Positions 14,559 through 24,785 of a stretch of DNA of 64,000 nt are shown here, piece by piece. The translations under genes were made by a program, and so were the position numbers. The stretch spans positions 32,001-96,000 of the forward strand of contig CAVSGI010000002.1 in assembly GCA_963727445.1 (NCBI GenBank), given 5' to 3'. How positions within the stretch are numbered: position 1 is the stretch's first letter; every line of letters starts with the position of its first letter. The stretch comes from an uncultured delta proteobacterium. Lineage in GTDB: Bacteria > Myxococcota_A > Polyangia > Polyangiales > B10-G4. Under the pieces are notes generated by a model, which did no database searches, was not told the DNA's origin, and worked only from the letters and a program-made list of their open reading frames with translations.

Positions 14559-15476
14559 ATGCGCCGCGTCCTCGTGCCGCTGTTCGCCCTCGCCAGCCTC
14601 GTCGCCGCGTGTGGCGACGACGGCACGGGCACCACGGACAGCGCGATGCCCCCGGATGGCGCCACCGACACCGGGACGACCCCGGACGCGTCTCCCGACG
14701 CGTCTGCCGACGCGACCCCCGACGCCACGCCCGACGCGGCGCCGATGATGCTCACCGAGATGGAGCCGAATGACGGCACGACCACCGACGAGGTGAACGA
14801 CCTGCCGATCGGCGCGACGATGAGCGGCGCGATCGACGCCGCTGGTGACTCCGACATCTTCCGCATCCCCACAGTGGGCGGCCACGCCTACGTGATCCAG
14901 CTGACGACTCCCGGCGCGCTGATGGGTCACCTCACGGTGATCGACTCCGGTCGGGACGGCGCCGCCGCCGGCGAGGACTACGTGCATCTGAGCCGGACGG
15001 GTACCGAAGCCGATGTCGAGCTCGATCTACTCGCGATGGGCGACGGTCATCTGGTCGCGGTGCGCGACGTGCGGAGCCTCGATGGCGGGGCGGGCTCAGG
15101 CGGGGCCGACCACGACTACGTCCTTTCGGTCACCGAGGTCCCGGCTGCGTCAATCGCGACGCCGCTCACCTTCCCCAGCACCGTCACCGGCGCGCTCGAC
15201 CATCCGGGCGCGATGGGCGTCCACTCCTTCGACGGTACGGAGGGAACCTGGGTGACCCTGGACCTCGCGCCCACCGGGATGATGGACGGCCGGCTCTTCA
15301 TCGTCTCCGAGGCGACGGGCAGCTGGATCGCGCGCAACGACGATCGCTCGGCCGGCGACACCTCGCCGCTCATCGACGCGCCGCTGACGGCCTCCGGCAC
15401 GATGTACCTCGTCGTCGAGAACATCGACGAGATGGCCACCGGCCTCGGCTATTCGATCGCCGCGTCGACCGAGTAG
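14559..15476 (+). CDS. Lipoprotein with two pre-peptidase C-terminal (PPC)-like domains
   Basis: Lipobox VAAC, PDAT linker, EMEPND, GAIDAAGDSDIF, ARNDD. Confidence 0.7.
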   Translation: MRRVLVPLFALASLVAACGDDGTGTTDSAMPPDGATDTGTTPDASPDASADATPDATPDAAPMMLTEMEPNDGTTTDEVNDLPIGATMSGAIDAAGDSDIFRIPTVGGHAYVIQLTTPGALMGHLTVIDSGRDGAAAGEDYVHLSRTGTEADVELDLLAMGDGHLVAVRDVRSLDGGAGSGGADHDYVLSVTEVPAASIATPLTFPSTVTGALDHPGAMGVHSFDGTEGTWVTLDLAPTGMMDGRLFIVSEATGSWIARNDDRSAGDTSPLIDAPLTASGTMYLVVENIDEMATGLGYSIAASTE

Positions 15477-15480
15477 CGCA

Positions 15481-17243
15481 CTACTGCGAGCGACGTCCGA
15501 AGATGCGCAGCCTGAGGTGCGCGAGCTGTGATCTCGACGACGCGAGCGGCGACCTTGGCGGCGCCTTCGTCCTCCCGCTTTTCGAGGGCGTCGCTCTCGT
15601 AGAGCTCGGCGGCCTTGCGGCGCTGCACCTTGCCGCTCGAGGTCTTCGGGAATGGTACCGGCGGGCACGACCTTCACCTCGTCCACCATCAGGCCGGTCG
15701 CGTCGTAGACCGCCTTCTTCACGCGCGAGGCGATGTCGTCGAAGCCGCCCTTCTCCTTGGTCTCGGCGACCACGACCACCGCCTCTCGGCCGAGCCCCTC
15801 GCGATAGCCGGCGAAGGCGATGGCGTTGCCGGTCCGCACCCCATCCACCGCACCCGCCGCCCACTCGAGGTCCTGCGGGTAGTAGTTCTTGCCATTGACG
15901 ATGATCACGTCCTTGGCGCGGCCGCAGATGAAGATCTGCTCGTCGGCGAGGTAGCCGAGGTCGCCGGTGTTGATAGCCATCCGTCTTCGATGGTCTCGGC
16001 CGTCTTGTCCGGATTCTCGAAGTACTCCTTCATCACGCTCGGGCCGCTGATCTGGATCTCGCCGACACGGCGCTCCGGCAGGACGGCCCGGCTCTCGGTG
16101 TCGACGATGCGGATGCCGTGGTCGGGGAAGGCTTTGCCGCAGCCCACGATCTCGAGCGACTCGGAGTCCTCGCTCTCGGGCGCCTTCGCCTCGCCTCGGG
16201 CCCACAGCGTGTCGCTGTCCACCACGTCGGTGGGGATGCCGGTCGAGAACGCGATCGCCAGGGTGTTCTCCGCCATGCCGTAGCTCGGGACGAACGCGCT
16301 CTCGCGGAAGCCCTGGGCCGAAAAGCGCTGAGCGAAGGCACGTAGCGTGTCCGCCTGGATGGGCTCGGCGCCGCAACCGGCGATGCGCACCGACGACAGG
16401 TCGATGCCTTCGAGATCCTTGTCGCGGATGCGCTTGGTCGCGATCGCGTAGGAGAAGTTCGGGCCGTAGGTGATGGTGCCGCGGTGCTTCGACAGATACT
16501 CGAGCCAGGTCACGGGTCGCTTCAGGAACGACAGCGGTGACATGAAGGTCACGGGCACCCGATGATGGATCGGCGCGAGGACGAAGCCGATGAGCCCCAT
16601 GTCGTGGAAGAGCGGAAGCCAGCTCACGCCGCGGTCCTCGCCATCGGTGGACAGGCCGTCGCGCATGATGGCGGCGCAGTTGTGCGTGGAGGTTGTCGTG
16701 GGTGACCACCACGCCCTTGGGCGTCGAGGTCGAGCCAGAGGTGAACTGGATGAAGCACGTGTCATCGCCCGTGAGGCCGGGGTCGACGAAGAGCGACGCG
16801 TCACCCTCGAGGTCGGCCACGGTGAGCATCGCCTGAAGCGAGGGCGCGGCGTCGTGGAGCTTTCCGAGCACCGCCTTGATCTGACTGTTGGTGACGAGGT
16901 GACTCGCGCGCGAGGCGCTCACGATGTGCTTGGCGTGGTCGAGATAGCCGCCGAGCTGACCCATGCCCATCGGGGGATAGAGGGGCACCGGCACGCCGCC
17001 GCCCTGCACCACCCCGAGGAAGGCCGGGATGAACTCGTTCGACGCGGGGAGCACCAGGGCGATGCGATCCCCCTTCTTCATCCCGCGCTCGCGGAGGGCG
17101 ACCGCGATCTGCTTTGCCTGCTCGAGCAGGCTCGCCCAGGTGTGCTCATCCTCCGACCCGTCGTCGGCGACGAAGGTGAATCCGTAGCCTTCGCGCTCGG
17201 CCGCGCGGGCCAGGGCCTGGGGGATGGTGCGGATGTCGGTCAT
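15481..17243 (-). CDS. Fatty acyl-AMP ligase (FAAL)-like adenylating enzyme (about 3 frameshifts)
   Basis: VPVPLYPP, IQFTSGSTSTPKGVVVTH, SWLPLFHDMGLIG, SYGMAE, TGDLGY, GRAKDVIIVNGKNYYPQDLE. Confidence 0.85.
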
Positions 17244-17374
17244 GGCGCGGCGGTATTACAAGAAGCCGCCATGGGTGCAAATCGAGGGCCCCGCGGATGG
17301 CGGATCCGCCCGTTCGCCGTGAATGAGCGTCCACGATCGCGAGCTCGGCGCACGGCATCCTTCGACAATTCGCA

Positions 17375-17390
17375 CGGCATCCATCTTGCT
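17375..17390 (+). promoter_or_regulatory. Putative sigma54 -24/-12 promoter
   Basis: CGGCATCCATCTTGCT has GG-N10-GC spacing and TTGC, 17 bp before ATG 17408. Confidence 0.55.
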
Positions 17391-17407
17391 GACGCGCGAA
17401 GGTGACC

Positions 17408-17980
17408 ATGTACACCCTCCTTCGGGCATCCCTCCTCCTCGCCCTCTTCGCGTCCGCCGCTTGCGGCACCGCCCCCGGGTACACCCGCGACCAGACGGTT
17501 CAGGATCGAACCGCCACCGTCGCTTCCTCGCCCACGACTGTTGCCGTCCACCACGACGGCGACGTGACGACCCGCGAGCTCGCCCAGGGCGAGACCGCCG
17601 TGATCGTCGTGCCGACGCCGGCCCCCGCGCAGCCCCAGGTCGTGCTCCAACAGGCCCCGACTCCCCAAGAGGTCGCGGCCCCTGCGACGCCGGCCCCGGC
17701 CGGGCCCGCCGCGGCCTTCACCTGCAGCGGCAATCAGGAGCTGCGCCTGCACAACCGCCACGTCAACGGCGACGGCGGAGTCGCGGTCTTCGCCACCGAC
17801 GACTGCCACGTCGTGATCTCGGAGGTCATCCTCCGCGGCGAGCCGGCGGTGGTCGCGATGGGCAACGCGCGGGTCGACGTGGTGGAGACGCGGATCTACG
17901 GCGACCTGGTGTCGAGCGGCAACGCGACCGTGAACGTGCGCGGCTCCCGCCATCACACCGGCACCGTCGTCCGCAACTGA
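17408..17980 (+). CDS. Hypothetical lipoprotein (Pro/Ala linker, short beta-rich C-terminus)
   Basis: Lipobox ASAAC; codon usage typical of this window. Confidence 0.7.
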   Translation: MYTLLRASLLLALFASAACGTAPGYTRDQTVQDRTATVASSPTTVAVHHDGDVTTRELAQGETAVIVVPTPAPAQPQVVLQQAPTPQEVAAPATPAPAGPAAAFTCSGNQELRLHNRHVNGDGGVAVFATDDCHVVISEVILRGEPAVVAMGNARVDVVETRIYGDLVSSGNATVNVRGSRHHTGTVVRN

Positions 17981-18069
17981 AGCGCCTCCACGGCTCACAA
18001 GAGACGGCCGTCTTCCGGTATACTGGACTTCGGTCGCGGCGCGCGCGCCGGGCCGAAGGAGGACTTCTC

Positions 18070-19227
18070 ATGCGTGCTTTCTCTGCTTCTTCATTCGTCA
18101 TCATCCTGACTTTCGCCGGCCTCGGCTGCGGCGACGACGGTGGCGCCGCGGGCGACACCGGAACGGCGATGGACGGTGGCGATACCGGCACCTCGATGGA
18201 CTCGGGGGGTGGAGGAGACGGTGGAGGCGGCGACGGCAGCGCGGGCGACGGCGGCGGCGGTGACGGCAGCGCGGGCGACGGCGGCGGGGGCGACGGTGGC
18301 GGTGGCGACGCCGGCATCAGCTGCGCGGCGGGCGAAACGGCTTGCGGCACGACCTGCGTGACCCTCGGCTCCGACCCTGCGAACTGTGGTGACTGCGGCA
18401 TGGCCTGCGCGAGCGGCGAGGTCTGCTCGGGCGGCACCTGCGCCGCGATGTGTTCGGGGGGGCTGACCGATTGTAGCGGCGCTTGCGTGGACACCCAGAC
18501 CGACACCGCCAACTGCGGCGACTGCGGCATGGCTTGCGCCAGCGGCGAGACCTGCGCCTTCGGCACCTGCGGCTGCGCCTTCGGCGAGGTCGACTGTAGC
18601 GGCACCTGCGCGAACCTGCGCAACGACCCCGCCAATTGCGGCGGCTGCGGAATGGCGTGCGCGTCCGGGGAGGTGTGCTCGCGCGGCGTCTGCGCCGCGA
18701 TGTGCGGCACGGGGCTCACGGATTGCAGTGGCACCTGCACCAACACCGACTTCGACCCCGCCAACTGCGGCGGCTGCGGAATGGCGTGCGCCAGCGGAGA
18801 GGTCTGCAACGCAGGCACCTGCACCGTGATGTGTGGCTTCGGCGAACGTTACTGCGACGGCGCATGCGTCACGACCTTCAACGATCCGGCGAACTGCGGC
18901 GACTGCGGCAACGCGTGCGCTTCCGGCGAAGCCTGCTCTCGTGGCGTGTGCACCGGCATGTGCCCCGCGGGCACCACCGATTGCAGCGGCTCGTGCGTGC
19001 GCACCGACTTCGACCCGGCTAACTGTGGCGGGTGCGGCACCGCGTGCGCTGCGGACGAGTACTGCGCCGCCGGCACCTGCACCGGCTGCCCAGGCGGTAG
19101 CACGTCGTGCGGCGGAGTCTGCACCAACACCGACACCGATCCACGCAACTGCGGCTCGTGCGGCACGACCTGCGGCCGCCGCCAGGTCTGCCGGAGCGGC
19201 AGCTGCGTCGGCTTCGGCACACCCTGA
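18070..19227 (+). CDS. Cys-rich repeat lipoprotein with 7 D-[PT]-x-N-C-G-x-C-G (Stig1/MXAN_6577-like) repeats
   Basis: Lipobox GLGC, GGGDG linker, seven repeats of about 42 aa. Confidence 0.8.
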   Translation: MRAFSASSFVIILTFAGLGCGDDGGAAGDTGTAMDGGDTGTSMDSGGGGDGGGGDGSAGDGGGGDGSAGDGGGGDGGGGDAGISCAAGETACGTTCVTLGSDPANCGDCGMACASGEVCSGGTCAAMCSGGLTDCSGACVDTQTDTANCGDCGMACASGETCAFGTCGCAFGEVDCSGTCANLRNDPANCGGCGMACASGEVCSRGVCAAMCGTGLTDCSGTCTNTDFDPANCGGCGMACASGEVCNAGTCTVMCGFGERYCDGACVTTFNDPANCGDCGNACASGEACSRGVCTGMCPAGTTDCSGSCVRTDFDPANCGGCGTACAADEYCAAGTCTGCPGGSTSCGGVCTNTDTDPRNCGSCGTTCGRRQVCRSGSCVGFGTP

Positions 19228-19237
19228 GCCGAGCCTC

Positions 19238-19295
19238 GTGGCCTCCCGTCGGGGAGGCCACCCGGCTTCGCCGCCTCCCATCTGGGAGGCCACCC
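19238..19295. terminator. Two tandem GC-rich hairpins between convergent genes (bidirectional terminator or REP-like pair)
   Basis: GTGGCCTCCC-GTCG-GGGAGGCCAC and GCCTCCCA-TC-TGGGAGGC; both end in GGGAGGCCACCC. Confidence 0.55.
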
Positions 19296-19305
19296 AGCTC
19301 TGCCC

Positions 19306-20028
19306 TCAGTCGACCGACACCACCACGGCGGTGATGTTGTCGCGAGCGTCGTTGCGCCAGGCTTCGCTGATGAGCGCGGGGATCACCAGCTCGTTTGGGG
19401 CGCTCGAGAGGATCGACCACAGGCGCCGGTGACTCACGGAGCCCGACAGCCCGTCGCTGCAGATGAGGTAGCGATCACTGGGCTCGAGGGTGACGCTCAC
19501 CACCTCGTGCCCTGGCTCACCCACCCCGAGCGCGCGGGTGAGGATGTGGCCGTTCGCCGCCCGATAGGCCTCTGGCACGCCGGCGGCGCGGAGCTCTTCG
19601 AGGAGGGAGTGGTCCCGGGTGAGCGCCTCGAGGCGCGACGATCGATAGCGGTAGATGCGGCTGTCTCCCACGTGGGCGATCACCGCTGCGCCGTCGGATT
19701 CGACGCGAAGCGCAGCGAGGGTCGTCCCCATCTGCGCCAGCGCTCCTGTACGCGCCCGCGCGACCTCCTGGTGGGCCATGCGGAAGGCGAGATCCATCCG
19801 GGCTTCCCGGATCGACGCATCGTCGTTGCTCGCGTCGCCGGCGCGCTCGAAGAAGCGCGTGAGGGTCTGGATGGCGAGGCGGCTCGCGATCTCGCCACCA
19901 TCGTAACCTCCGACGCCATCGGCGACGGCGTACACACCGGCGAAGTGATCGACGGTGAAGAGGTCTTGGTTCTGGGACCGGCGGCCGATGTCGGTACCAC
20001 CGAACGCCGACAAGCGGATGGGAGTCAT
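19306..20028 (-). CDS. PP2C-family Ser/Thr protein phosphatase
   Basis: TDIGRR..NQD, VADGVGG, MGTT, HVGDSRIY, LTRDHS, LTRALG, CSDGL, DNIT. Confidence 0.92.
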   Translation of the reverse strand: MTPIRLSAFGGTDIGRRSQNQDLFTVDHFAGVYAVADGVGGYDGGEIASRLAIQTLTRFFERAGDASNDDASIREARMDLAFRMAHQEVARARTGALAQMGTTLAALRVESDGAAVIAHVGDSRIYRYRSSRLEALTRDHSLLEELRAAGVPEAYRAANGHILTRALGVGEPGHEVVSVTLEPSDRYLICSDGLSGSVSHRRLWSILSSAPNELVIPALISEAWRNDARDNITAVVVSVD

Positions 20029-20041
20029 CGGCCCGAAGCAT

Positions 20042-20057
20042 TGCGATCCCCGTGCCA
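20042..20057 (-). promoter_or_regulatory. Putative sigma54 -24/-12 promoter of the PP2C gene
   Basis: Minus strand TGGCACGGGGATCGCA versus consensus TGGCACG-N4-TTGCW. Confidence 0.65.
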
Positions 20058-20100
20058 CGCAAAAAGTCCATGAATCACGGCTTGCTGCTCGGACGAAGGC

Positions 20101-20133
20101 TCACGTCTCTGAAACATGCGTTTCAGATGTGAA
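20101..20133. promoter_or_regulatory. Palindromic enhancer-like site TCTGAAAC-N4-GTTTCAGA(TGTGAA)
   Basis: Inverted repeat about 45-75 bp upstream of the sigma54 motif; shares TTTCAGAT[CG]TGAA with the sites at 60589-60675. Confidence 0.55.
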
Positions 20134-20149
20134 CGACGGGGACGCCGCC

Positions 20150-21316
20150 CTAGGGACCGTCTGGGGACTGGACGCAGTAGCGATCGATGAGCTGCCGCAG
20201 AAGCGTCACGGTCCGCGGGATGTCCGCGAGTGGGAGGTACTCGTCGGGGCGATGTGCCACACCGATCGAGCCAGGCCCCATGACCACGGTCTCGATCCCC
20301 AGGGTCGTCAAGAACGGTGCCTCGGTGCCGAAGGCCACCACCCCGGCGGCTGCGCCCGTGAGCTCTTCGGACACCTTCACCAGATCCGCCTCTGGGTCGG
20401 TGGCGAAGGCTGGAACGCCGTCGAAGATCGACGACAGCTCGAGGCGCAGCTCGCTGTCCGCGAGGGCGCTCCGCACCTCGTCACGGAGCCGAGTGCGCGT
20501 CTCTTCGAGGTCCATCCCGGGCACCGGCCGCAGGTCGATGTCGAGTCGTGCGCTGGCGCAGATGCGGTTGGGGGCGTCGCCGCCGGCGATGCGCCCCAGG
20601 TTGAGCGTGGGCACAGGCACGTCGAAGGATTCGTCGCGGTGCTCGCGCCCGAGCTGCTCGCGGAAACGGACGAGGCGCTCGAGCACCTGCTGCATTCCAT
20701 CGAGGGCGCTGACCCCGAGGCGGGGATCGCTCGAGTGGCCCGAACGGCCGAGGAGCTCGATGGTCTCGATGAGGATGCCCTTGTGCGAGCGGATGCATCG
20801 CAGGCCCGTGGGCTCGCCGATGACCGCGCGCCGAGCGAGCTTCACCCCACCCTCGGCGAGCGCCCGGGCCCCGCTCATCGTGGACTCTTCGTCGGCTGTG
20901 CCGAGGATGATCAGCGGCTCCGTGAGATCCGACGCCCGGTAGGCGCTCGCCGCCTGCAGGGCCAGCGCGAGGAACGACTTCATGTCGGCCGTTCCCAGAC
21001 CGTGCAGGCGGTCCTCGCGCTCCGTGACCACGAAGGGATCGCTCTGCCAGGCCCCCTCGTCCCAGGGAACGGTGTCGGTGTGGCCCGAGAGCAGCAGTCC
21101 CCCCGGCCCGGATCCACCGAGACGCACGCAGACGTTCACCTTCCCCTCGCGACCGGGCACGGGCCAGAGCTCCACCTGGCCTCCGATCGCCTCTCCCCAC
21201 TCCGCCACCAGCTCCGCCACCCCACGGTTGCTCTGGTCCCGCGCGGCATCGGTGCTGGACACCGAGGGCTGGGCGATTAGCTCTGCGATCATCTCGCGGG
21301 TCTCGGGAAGGCTCAC
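20150..21316 (-). CDS. argE: Acetylornithine deacetylase (M20 family)
   Basis: LSGHTDTVP, GLGTADMKSF, ADEE, IGEPT, HKG, GHSSDP, GGDAPNRI, FGTEAPF, GPGSIGVAHRPDEY; GTG start inferred at 21316. Confidence 0.9.
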   Translation of the reverse strand: MSLPETREMIAELIAQPSVSSTDAARDQSNRGVAELVAEWGEAIGGQVELWPVPGREGKVNVCVRLGGSGPGGLLLSGHTDTVPWDEGAWQSDPFVVTEREDRLHGLGTADMKSFLALALQAASAYRASDLTEPLIILGTADEESTMSGARALAEGGVKLARRAVIGEPTGLRCIRSHKGILIETIELLGRSGHSSDPRLGVSALDGMQQVLERLVRFREQLGREHRDESFDVPVPTLNLGRIAGGDAPNRICASARLDIDLRPVPGMDLEETRTRLRDEVRSALADSELRLELSSIFDGVPAFATDPEADLVKVSEELTGAAAGVVAFGTEAPFLTTLGIETVVMGPGSIGVAHRPDEYLPLADIPRTVTLLRQLIDRYCVQSPDGP

Positions 21317-21364
21317 CCGCGCACGATAACACCCGTTTGTCGCGTATGCTCCGCCCCCGCCGCC

Positions 21365-23806
21365 GTGCGTTTCCTGGACCGAATCGCCACTTTCATCGTG
21401 CACCACCGCGCGCTGGTGCAGCTCGGCATCGCCCTTCTTTGCATCGGGGGCGTGTTCGCGATGAGAGACTTGCGCTTCGAGCTCACACCCGAGGCACTGG
21501 TCGCGGGCGTGGTCGAAGAGGACCCGCGGGCGGCCGAGCTCGGCGAAGCCTTCGGGCGCTACGACCGCCGCCTGATGGTGGTGATCACCGCGAACGACGT
21601 CCTCACGCCCGAGGTCCTCTCCTACGAGCACGACCTCGCCCACTGGCTCGAGAGTCGTCGCTGGGTCCGTGAGGTCGACTCGATCACCGTCACCGCCATC
21701 CCCCACCCCGACGACTCCACGGCCGGCGCGACCCTCGAAGATCTCGAAGCGCATCCGGAAGCGCTCGACGTTCCGCTCCCCACCGGCCCCATCCCCGACG
21801 CCCTGGCCGCCGTGGCGCGCACCGCCCCCGGGCGTTTCCCGCGGGGGCTCCGTTCCATCCTCGAACAGCGGGGTGACTCTCTGGTGGTGTCCCCCCTGGT
21901 CACCGGCGCGGTGGAGCCCGCGGACGTGGAGCGGATCCAGAGGATGGTCGAGCGGGGTCGGCTCTTCACCCGCTCTCTCGTCTCGGAGGATCACCATGCG
22001 CTGGCCATCTCCGTCACGCTGTCCGTCGACAGCGACGCCGCCGCTGAGCACGCCGCGCGCTCCCTGGCAGCGCACCTCGACAGTGCGCCACCGCCGCCGG
22101 GCATCACGGCCGAGATGGCCGGGCTGCCCTACGTCCGCGCACGGCTGGTGGATGCGCTCTCCGCAGACTGGGTGCTCCTGATCACGCTGGCGTCTCTGGG
22201 GTCGATCGCGATGCTGGCCATGGGCTTCCGCTCGGTCGCGGGTGTGGTGCTGCCCATGGCTGCGGTGGGGATCACCCTGGCGATGGTCGTCGGAGCGATG
22301 GCGCTCCTCGACATCCCCATCGATCTGCTGACGAACATCGTGCCGCCGCTCTTGATCACCATCGGCCTCGGCGACGGGGTCCATCTGATCGCGCGGTACC
22401 GAGACGAGCGACAGGAAGGGGAGCCGCCGCTGCCCGCCGCCAGACGGACGCTCTCCACCATGGCGGTCGCCTGTTTCATGACCTCGGCCACCACCGCTGT
22501 CGGCTTCGGCTCGTTGGCGATCAGCGACAACGAGATGCTGCGCCGCTTCGGGCTGCTCGCGGCGGGCGCGGTCATGCTCGCCTACCTGGTCACGGTCGTC
22601 TTCCTGCCCGCGGCCCTCCCCGCCTTTCCCGGCGAGCGGCAGCTGCGACAATCGCAGCTCAAGTACCGCGTCCTCGACACCACCGTGGAGTCCCTCCTCA
22701 GGGCGACCCTCAAACGACCGCGGGCCGTAGTGGTGGTCTCCGGCGCGCTCCTGGTCGTCTGCCTCGTGGCCGCCGCCGACGTTCACGTCGATGGTGCGCT
22801 CCTCGATCAATTCGAAGGCTCTTCCGACGTGATCCGCACGACCCGCATCGTCGAGCGCCACCTCGGCGGGGTGCGCAGCCTCTCCGTCGGCGTCGAGGCG
22901 CGCGAGGGCACGACGCTTCTCACACCGGAATCGATGCAGGCGCTCGATCGGATCGCCCGCCGCCTGTCGGAGGAAGCCGGTGTGCTGCGTGTCGTCGGCC
23001 CCCCCGACGTACTTCGCGAGACGTGGACCACCGCCACCGACGACCCCGCAGCCGCCGACGAATCCCTGAGCGTCCCGGCGCGCATCGAAGCCCTGGCTGT
23101 CCTGAACCGGGCGACCGCGGAGCACGACGCCCCCCTCGACCACTACCTGAGCCGGGACGGGCGGCTCGCGCGCATCGAAGTGCGCCTCGCGGACCTGGGC
23201 GTACGGCACATGTCCCGCATCCTCGACGGCCTCGACCAACACCTCGCCGGCGAAGACGTCTTTCACGCCTTCGTCACCGGCGAAGCACATCGGGCATCGC
23301 GCGGGCTCGACCGCGTCGTCACCGACCTGCGAAACAGCCTGGCCCTGGCGGTGATCATCATCTTCGCGCTGATCGGAATCATGTTCCGCAGCGTGAGATT
23401 CGCGCTCTTGAGCATCCCTCCGAACATCCTGCCGCTGGCGGCGGTGCTGGCGTGGATGAGCCTGCGCGGCATCCACCTGGACGCGGCCACGGTGATCGTC
23501 TTCGGCGTGTGCATCGGGCTGGCCGTCGACGGGACGATCCACGTCCTGTCGCGCTATCGGGAGAAGCTAGGCGCAGGCGTCACCGAGGCCATTCGCGGCG
23601 CGATGCGAGAGAGCGGGCGCGCCATCGTCTTGAGCTCGACCGCGTTGCTCCTGGGCTTCGCGGCGCTTCAGGTGAGCGACTTCATCCCGATCCGCCGCTT
23701 CGGTGAGCTGTCGATGGTGGCGATCCTCTCCGCCCTCGTCGCAGAGCTGACGCTTCTGCCGGCGATGCTGACGCTGTTCAGGGGGCCGCGTGAAAAGAAG
23801 CGATGA
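21365..23806 (+). CDS. MMPL/RND family membrane exporter
   Basis: Two TM bundles with periplasmic loops; IGLGDGVH, TSATTAVGF, GLAVDGTIH. Confidence 0.88.
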   Translation: MRFLDRIATFIVHHRALVQLGIALLCIGGVFAMRDLRFELTPEALVAGVVEEDPRAAELGEAFGRYDRRLMVVITANDVLTPEVLSYEHDLAHWLESRRWVREVDSITVTAIPHPDDSTAGATLEDLEAHPEALDVPLPTGPIPDALAAVARTAPGRFPRGLRSILEQRGDSLVVSPLVTGAVEPADVERIQRMVERGRLFTRSLVSEDHHALAISVTLSVDSDAAAEHAARSLAAHLDSAPPPPGITAEMAGLPYVRARLVDALSADWVLLITLASLGSIAMLAMGFRSVAGVVLPMAAVGITLAMVVGAMALLDIPIDLLTNIVPPLLITIGLGDGVHLIARYRDERQEGEPPLPAARRTLSTMAVACFMTSATTAVGFGSLAISDNEMLRRFGLLAAGAVMLAYLVTVVFLPAALPAFPGERQLRQSQLKYRVLDTTVESLLRATLKRPRAVVVVSGALLVVCLVAAADVHVDGALLDQFEGSSDVIRTTRIVERHLGGVRSLSVGVEAREGTTLLTPESMQALDRIARRLSEEAGVLRVVGPPDVLRETWTTATDDPAAADESLSVPARIEALAVLNRATAEHDAPLDHYLSRDGRLARIEVRLADLGVRHMSRILDGLDQHLAGEDVFHAFVTGEAHRASRGLDRVVTDLRNSLALAVIIIFALIGIMFRSVRFALLSIPPNILPLAAVLAWMSLRGIHLDAATVIVFGVCIGLAVDGTIHVLSRYREKLGAGVTEAIRGAMRESGRAIVLSSTALLLGFAALQVSDFIPIRRFGELSMVAILSALVAELTLLPAMLTLFRGPREKKR

Positions 23807-24491
23807 GGCCGTCGAAGGCCTCGGCAGCGAGGTCCACCGTCTGCGCGGGACCCACCAGCTTGAAGAAGACCGGCCCCTGGGGACCTTCCACGATGGCGCC
23901 GAGCATCCGATAGCCCGCGCCGCCGCCGCCACCACCCGCGCCCGGCATCTGCATGCCGCCGTAGCCGCCGTGCACGTCGATCTTGGTGACCGGCAGCCCG
24001 TTCACGGTGGTGCGTGAGATCTCGGGGGGCCGCTCCTCGGTGGTCTGCATCTGCCCCACCCAACGATTGACGTTGGCCTGGACCCCACCGCCTCCGCCGG
24101 CGAAGAAGAAGACGGTCATCACCGTGTCCTCGTCCCCACCATCGATGACGTACTCCGCGGCGCGCATCGACGAGGTGGGCTGGCGGTAGTGGAAGGGCGC
24201 GGGCGCTTCCCAGCGGACGCCCGCGACCGCCGCTCGGGCACCATCGACCGGGGCCGCGGCGGTCGGCTCTCCGCCCTGCCCCTCTTGCCCCTCTTGGAAG
24301 TCGTCGAGCGGCGGATGACCGGGCGGGAGCTGATCCGACGGCTCGGGCGCCTCGGCGACCGGCTCGGGCGCCAGCTCCGGCGCGGGCCGGGGGTGCTCAC
24401 GGCGCCGTTCGGCGCCCTCGGGATTCCGCGTGCAGGCCGCGATGAGGAGGACGGCCAACGAGCCGACGCTGATCCGGACGATCCTTCGCAT
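23778..24491 (-). CDS. Conserved-looking hypothetical lipoprotein
   Basis: Lipobox LIAAC; LPPGHPP, SSMRAAEY, GGGVQANVNRW..Q, FFKLVGP. Confidence 0.7.
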   Translation of the reverse strand: MRRIVRISVGSLAVLLIAACTRNPEGAERRREHPRPAPELAPEPVAEAPEPSDQLPPGHPPLDDFQEGQEGQGGEPTAAAPVDGARAAVAGVRWEAPAPFHYRQPTSSMRAAEYVIDGGDEDTVMTVFFFAGGGGGVQANVNRWVGQMQTTEERPPEISRTTVNGLPVTKIDVHGGYGGMQMPGAGGGGGGAGYRMLGAIVEGPQGPVFFKLVGPAQTVDLAAEAFDGLIASFHAAP

Positions 24492-24530
24492 GGTCGCGGT
24501 ATAACGCCGGCTGAGCCGACAGGAAAGCCC

Positions 24531-24767
24531 ATGCGCCTCGATCCCGAGACCCACGCCCTGATCTTCGACAGCAGAGACGAGCTCGAGGCGTTTCACGCCG
24601 AGCTCTCGGAGCTGCTCCGCGACGTGACCATCCGTACCTCGAGCAGCGCGTCCGACGCAGAGGTCGCCACCGAGCGCGTGAAGCAGCTCCTCGAGCGCTT
24701 CGCGACGATCACCACGGCGCTCAACGCCGTGCGTGCATCGGGCGCGGTGAAGCCGACGCCGGGGTGA
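24531..24767 (+). CDS. Small hypothetical protein (78 aa)
   Basis: ATG 24531 after AGGAAAG; helical sequence; GC3-rich codons. Confidence 0.6.
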   Translation: MRLDPETHALIFDSRDELEAFHAELSELLRDVTIRTSSSASDAEVATERVKQLLERFATITTALNAVRASGAVKPTPG

Positions 24768-24785
24768 AGCGCCCGGCGAAAGGCA

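Noticed and set aside
15481..17243. NRPS/PKS biosynthetic cluster around the FAAL
   Set aside because: No ACP, KS or condensation-domain genes nearby.
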